Source of the DNA: a virus
Direction: 5' to 3' (one strand)
DNA: 64,000 nucleotides
Virus record (IMG/VR): IMGVR_UViG_3300027973_000059
Span: 2,345 to 66,344 of that record
The translations under genes were made by a program, and so were the position numbers. Under the pieces are notes generated by a model. It was not told the origin of the DNA and did no database searches. It saw only the letters and a list, made by a program, of their open reading frames with translations. Positions 60,711 through 64,000 of this stretch are shown piece after piece. The stretch's first letter is position 1; each line of letters begins with the position of its first letter.

Positions 60711-60962
60711 TTACATCAATTCATATCCGTATACAATCTTACCATCTATAAACAATGGTGTGTATTCGCCATGACTAGCAACCATATCATCTAATTCATA
60801 GAAAGTGGTTGATTTTGCTATACCTAATTCATGACAAACGGCAATCACAGTTCCATCTCCTCCAAAAATTGGATGCTCATAAAATTCAATCAATTGCTTT
60901 TGATTGTTGACGATTTCACCATATTTAAATGGATTTAGGCTCATTAATTTTGAATAATTCAT
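60711..60962 (-). CDS. hypothetical protein
   Basis: ORF ending 3 nt before a hammerhead. Confidence 0.65.
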   Translation of the reverse strand: MNYSKLMSLNPFKYGEIVNNQKQLIEFYEHPIFGGDGTVIAVCHELGIAKSTTFYELDDMVASHGEYTPLFIDGKIVYGYELM

Positions 60963-60980
60963 TTTGTTTAGTTTAATATA

Positions 60981-61223
60981 TTATTTAATGGTAATAGGTT
61001 CAGAATAAAAGGCAAAAATCTCTCTAGAATAAGATGCGTAAGGGGTTTGCAATGCCTCTCCATTTTCTAGCATTTGTTCTATCTTTTTTTTCTTATAAAA
61101 GTTACTTAAAACTTTAATACCTTTTTCAATAGATAAGATTTCTAAATCTTTGGTAATGTTATCCTCTCTCATAATAACATAAATGGGCTTCGACATTTCT
61201 TTTTTGTTTTGTGTGTTTTTCAT
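60981..61223 (-). CDS. hypothetical protein
   Basis: ORF in early operon. Confidence 0.6.
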   Translation of the reverse strand: MKNTQNKKEMSKPIYVIMREDNITKDLEILSIEKGIKVLSNFYKKKKIEQMLENGEALQTPYASYSREIFAFYSEPITIK

Positions 61224-61228
61224 TTTGT

Positions 61229-61399
61229 TTAGTTTTGAAGGTTAAGTGAATTGATTTGAATACGAGCATTTAATAGCTTCCATTCATTGTAAGCAGATTT
61301 GAAATCTTTGCCTAATTGAATGTGAGCATTAATAAATTTCTCATAGCTAGATGGGGAACGTTTAATGCGTCTACCACTAGTAGTAAATACTTTTTGCAT
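61229..61399 (-). CDS. small protein (56 aa)
   Basis: Read manually: MQKVFTTSGRRIKRSPSSYEKF...; ATG about 20 nt after a hammerhead cut site. Confidence 0.6.
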   Translation of the reverse strand: MQKVFTTSGRRIKRSPSSYEKFINAHIQLGKDFKSAYNEWKLLNARIQINSLNLQN

Positions 61400-61413
61400 A
61401 ATAGTTTTTTTTT

Positions 61414-61462
61414 GGTTAAGACGCCCGCAGGCGTTTCGTCCATTAGGACTCGTCAGTTAACC
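61414..61462 (-). ncRNA. hammerhead ribozyme type I
   Basis: GGUUAA-CUGACGA-GUCC UAAU GGAC-GAAA-CGCC UGCG GGCG-UC^UUAACC; perfect core. Confidence 0.95.
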
Positions 61463-61686
61463 TACTTACATAATGTAATATTTATACCTTCCGCTTCACC
61501 TTCAAGCCATCCTCTGCCATTGTGAAATACTAGAGGTACATTCAATTTGTTAGCTACCTCAATTGAATCGGAGCTAATTTTTCCTTGAAGCATAATCCTA
61601 CCGCCAAACGCTGTTTCAATGCTTACTGCATAAAATAAATCTAAATCGATTTTTAAGGCGCTTAATTTTTTAAATAATTCATTCAT
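61462..61686 (-). CDS. hypothetical protein
   Basis: Start re-placed at MNELFKK; bracketed by two hammerheads. Confidence 0.65.
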   Translation of the reverse strand: MNELFKKLSALKIDLDLFYAVSIETAFGGRIMLQGKISSDSIEVANKLNVPLVFHNGRGWLEGEAEGINITLCK

Positions 61687-61701
61687 AATTGATAAATTTT
61701 T

Positions 61702-61763
61702 GGTTAATATGCACATCCTTTATGGATGCACATTTCGGCTAATTTAAGCCTCATCAGTTAACC
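61702..61763 (-). ncRNA. hammerhead ribozyme type I
   Basis: GGUUAA-CUGAUGA-GGCU UAAAUU AGCC-GAAA-UGUGCAUCC AUAAA GGAUGUGCA-UA^UUAACC. Confidence 0.9.
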
Positions 61764-61776
61764 TTGTTATTTGTAT

Positions 61777-62001
61777 TTATTTACCTTGAATTATTCTAAT
61801 TGCTTGTAATTTTTTATAATATTCATCCGCAATCATATAATGTACTTCTGCTTCATTTACATCATTTTGTTGACTAGCTTCTGCTTTCCATTTAAGATAT
61901 GCACTTACATATCTTGTTTCTAAATCATCCATTTGCAAAGCAGTTAATTCAATCATGTAGTTGCCATTACTTAATTTGGTTCCGTTAATTACTTGTGACA
62001 T
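61777..62001 (-). CDS. hypothetical protein, first gene of the early operon
   Basis: ORF between two hammerheads. Confidence 0.65.
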   Translation of the reverse strand: MSQVINGTKLSNGNYMIELTALQMDDLETRYVSAYLKWKAEASQQNDVNEAEVHYMIADEYYKKLQAIRIIQGK

Positions 62002-62014
62002 GTTATATAGTGTT

Positions 62015-62066
62015 AGGTTTCGCCATTCTGTGGCTCATCAGTACTGCGAATATTAGCAGTAGACCT
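62015..62066 (-). ncRNA. hammerhead ribozyme type III
   Basis: AGGUC^UACUGC UAAUAUUC GCAGUA-CUGAUGA-GCCA CAGAA UGGC-GAAACCU. Confidence 0.92.
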
Positions 62067-62403
62067 TATGGTCAGAAATTCAATATAAGTAAATTGGATA
62101 GGTGGGAGTCTTGATAACGATATTACATCGTGGCAGTGTCATTTGTGGGTTGCTCTCATTGTGTGAGGCATTGCCGTTGTCCATCTATAAGGCGGTGAAC
62201 CTTATCGCTTATATTTGCATCCTTTCAAGCTATCCCGTTGGCACCATGTGTATTGGAGTGAGTCGTTTAGGGCTATTCAGCCGACTGATTACATAGTCTA
62301 GAGGTAAGCAGTAAATTTGACCAAACTCAATGGTGGCGCGGGTTTTACTAGATATTTCAAAGAACGATGTTGCAACATTGATTGGGGGCTTTCCCCCGAT
62401 TGC
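62062..62403 (-). ncRNA. putative structured leader RNA (about 340 nt)
   Basis: GC-enriched, no credible ORF, several stems, boxA-like GUUCUUUGAAA. Confidence 0.5.
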
Positions 62404-62407
62404 ATAG

Positions 62408-62438
62408 CAAATATATACATATACTTTGATTCAGCAAA
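62408..62438 (-). promoter_or_regulatory. early-operon promoter
   Basis: TTTG-N19-TATATTTG on the minus strand. Confidence 0.75.
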
Positions 62439-62599
62439 ATAATTTAATATAATTATATAAATGTGGATAACTTTTAATTTAATTAATACATATACATAAG
62501 CCAATGCAAATGTGTCTATTTCGCATTTTAAGACGATTACAGACACTCAAAATGCTTTTGATGTCATAATATCAACAGCCCCAAAATAATTTAAATTTG

Positions 62600-62960
62600 A
62601 GCAAATTAGATTTTTTAATAATGCGTAACTCATTGACCAAACTAAATACCTTAGCATTACTAAATCTATTAGCAATCATGCATACCATACCAACCAATGC
62701 CACCAAGCTACAACCAATACCCCTGTATACCCTATCTATATACCCATACCATACAGCATAGAAAAGTGCATGACCCAACCCACACCCACGCCACCACCAA
62801 TACCATGACCATGACCATAGCCCATACCCCTCAAACTCACTGAAATCAACAACCTCAATCAATCAATGCATGGACCAAGAAACAAGACCTACCCGGTGCA
62901 GGAGAATCAAAGCCCCAAAAAAAAATCGCGGTCATTTATATATAGCGGACCCCTGAGGAA
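62600..62960. other. strand-skewed C/A-rich non-coding spacer
   Basis: G-poor runs such as CCCAACCCACACCCACGCCACCACCAATACCATGACCATGACCATAG. Confidence 0.65.
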
Positions 62961-63048
62961 GTGTTGATGTAGAACATTTCGGAATTATTTTTAATATATT
63001 TTGGTCATGGTGGAAAAAATATTTCGTATATTTGGTAAAATTTATATT

Positions 63049-63273
63049 ATGGCACTGGAGCAAATAACAACAGACATGGAAGTAATGGAACAACCAGCCC
63101 CAAAAGGCATGGTAAGAACCGAAATGGGACGCTTAGTTAAGAAAGCTGACCAAGATGCCTTTGAAAAGAAAAGTAGAGCCGCAATGCAGACGCAATTGAA
63201 AAGCAGAGGTGCTTCATCTTTAAAAGAAAAGAAAGTCGGATATGCTTTAAAAGCAATGAAAAAGAAAAAATAA
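63049..63273 (+). CDS. small basic protein
   Basis: Start MALEQ after TATATTTG (63027-63034). Confidence 0.65.
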   Translation: MALEQITTDMEVMEQPAPKGMVRTEMGRLVKKADQDAFEKKSRAAMQTQLKSRGASSLKEKKVGYALKAMKKKK

Positions 63274-63324
63274 TTATCCAATAGGAACAAAGATGGTTCG
63301 GTTGATGTTTTCTCGTTTGACTTA

Positions 63325-63351
63325 GCCTCCCTTAAAAAAGGAGGTTTTTTT
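63325..63351 (+). terminator. rho-independent terminator
   Basis: GCCTCCCTT-AAAA-AAGGAGGT-TTTTTT. Confidence 0.75.
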
Positions 63352-63410
63352 ATGTACATAAAGTTGTACAATGTTATAACATAATGTATCTTGCATCAAA
63401 GTGAATCATT

Positions 63411-63563
63411 ATGAAACGTACAACAATTTATCTAACTCCAGAAGTTCATGAGAAACTTATAAAACTGGCAGACAAAAAAAGATGGTCGGTAACTAAGACA
63501 GTAGAATTTATTCTGTTAAAAACTTTAAAAGATAAAACTAATGTCAAAGAAAGTAATTCTTAA
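63411..63563 (+). CDS. ribbon-helix-helix (Arc/CopG-like) DNA-binding protein (50 aa)
   Basis: Read manually: MKRTTIYLTPEVHEKLIKLADKKRWSVTKTVEFIL. Confidence 0.75.
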   Translation: MKRTTIYLTPEVHEKLIKLADKKRWSVTKTVEFILLKTLKDKTNVKESNS

Positions 63564-63999
63564 CATAACACCCCAGACCCATGTAAGAGCAACACAAGGG
63601 GACCGTATATTCTTTAGAATTCCAAGGGAAAGGCTAAGACCACCCGGACTAAAAAGATTGCTTAGATTAGAAAAATATAATCAGTACAAAATTGATTTGT
63701 CAGCAGAAGCAAAAATAAAAAACTTTGTGATGCCTCCGGTAGGTGCTTCCATAACTTTCTTTATACCAGTTCCACCCTCTTGGTCAAAGAAAAAAAAGAA
63801 ATTACATCATGGACGATTTCACCAATCAACTCCGGATTTAAATAATTTGACAAAAGCTTTTGAAGATGGTTTACTTGCAGAAGACAAACAATTAGCACAC
63901 TACGAGCTTTCTAAAAGATGGGTTGATTTTGAAATAGGATGGATTGAAGTTTCCTACAAAGACTACGAAGAAGTTCTTAGCCTACCAACGCAAAAATAA
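63541..63999 (+). CDS. rusA: RusA-like Holliday junction resolvase
   Basis: FFIPVPPSWSKKKK, TPDLNNLTKAFEDGL...ED. Confidence 0.75.
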   Translation: MSKKVILNITPQTHVRATQGDRIFFRIPRERLRPPGLKRLLRLEKYNQYKIDLSAEAKIKNFVMPPVGASITFFIPVPPSWSKKKKKLHHGRFHQSTPDLNNLTKAFEDGLLAEDKQLAHYELSKRWVDFEIGWIEVSYKDYEEVLSLPTQK

Positions 64000-64000
64000 C

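Noticed and set aside
57015-62066. CRISPR array or plain terminators as the explanation for the TCAGTTAACC repeats
   Set aside because: Spacing is irregular with whole genes between copies, there is no U-tract on the coding strand, and all copies fit the hammerhead consensus
57015-62066. Retrozyme or retroelement origin of the hammerheads
   Set aside because: No LTR-length repeats and no reverse transcriptase in the window; only the ribozyme cores are shared
62102-62862. ORFs 62102-62296, 62298-62546 and 62572-62862
   Set aside because: Atypical composition, no A-rich initiation context, and they overlap the promoter, structured leader or skewed spacer
1-64000. Stop-codon reassignment as in some crAss-like phages
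   Set aside because: Long genes are intact in the standard code, and TAG and TGA both end genes at sensible boundaries

Overview
AT-rich dsDNA phage DNA, probably most of the genome of a short-tailed phage of Bacteroidota. The host is inferred from many TAnnTTTG promoters, A-rich initiation regions without Shine-Dalgarno sites, and a BT4734/VirE-type primase-helicase. The standard genetic code is used. Layout: small genes and a recombination block (1-5.7 kb); replication genes (5.9-9.3 kb); a crAss-type head/tail module with terminase, portal, scaffold, capsid, tail/muzzle, ejected proteins, ferritin and an S/G/T-repeat fibre (9.9-45 kb); an inverted glycosyltransferase pair (45-48.5 kb); lysis genes (50-52.7 kb); a minus-strand early region of small genes (54-62 kb); a skewed non-coding spacer; and a RusA-like gene. 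I saw no DNA polymerase, virion RNA polymerase, integrase, tRNA or CRISPR array. Main result: six hammerhead ribozymes (five type I, one type III) sit between genes of the early minus-strand operon. The five type I copies share stem I (GGUUAA/UUAAYC), so excised pieces could re-form a hammerhead and circularise. A structured leader RNA of about 340 nt with a boxA-like element lies upstream. Also notable: an array of non-identical palindromes at 4.2-4.5 kb, a split muzzle gene, and a TibC/AAH-like glycosyltransferase next to a Ser/Thr-rich fibre. All protein calls come from motifs and synteny read by eye; no database searches were run.
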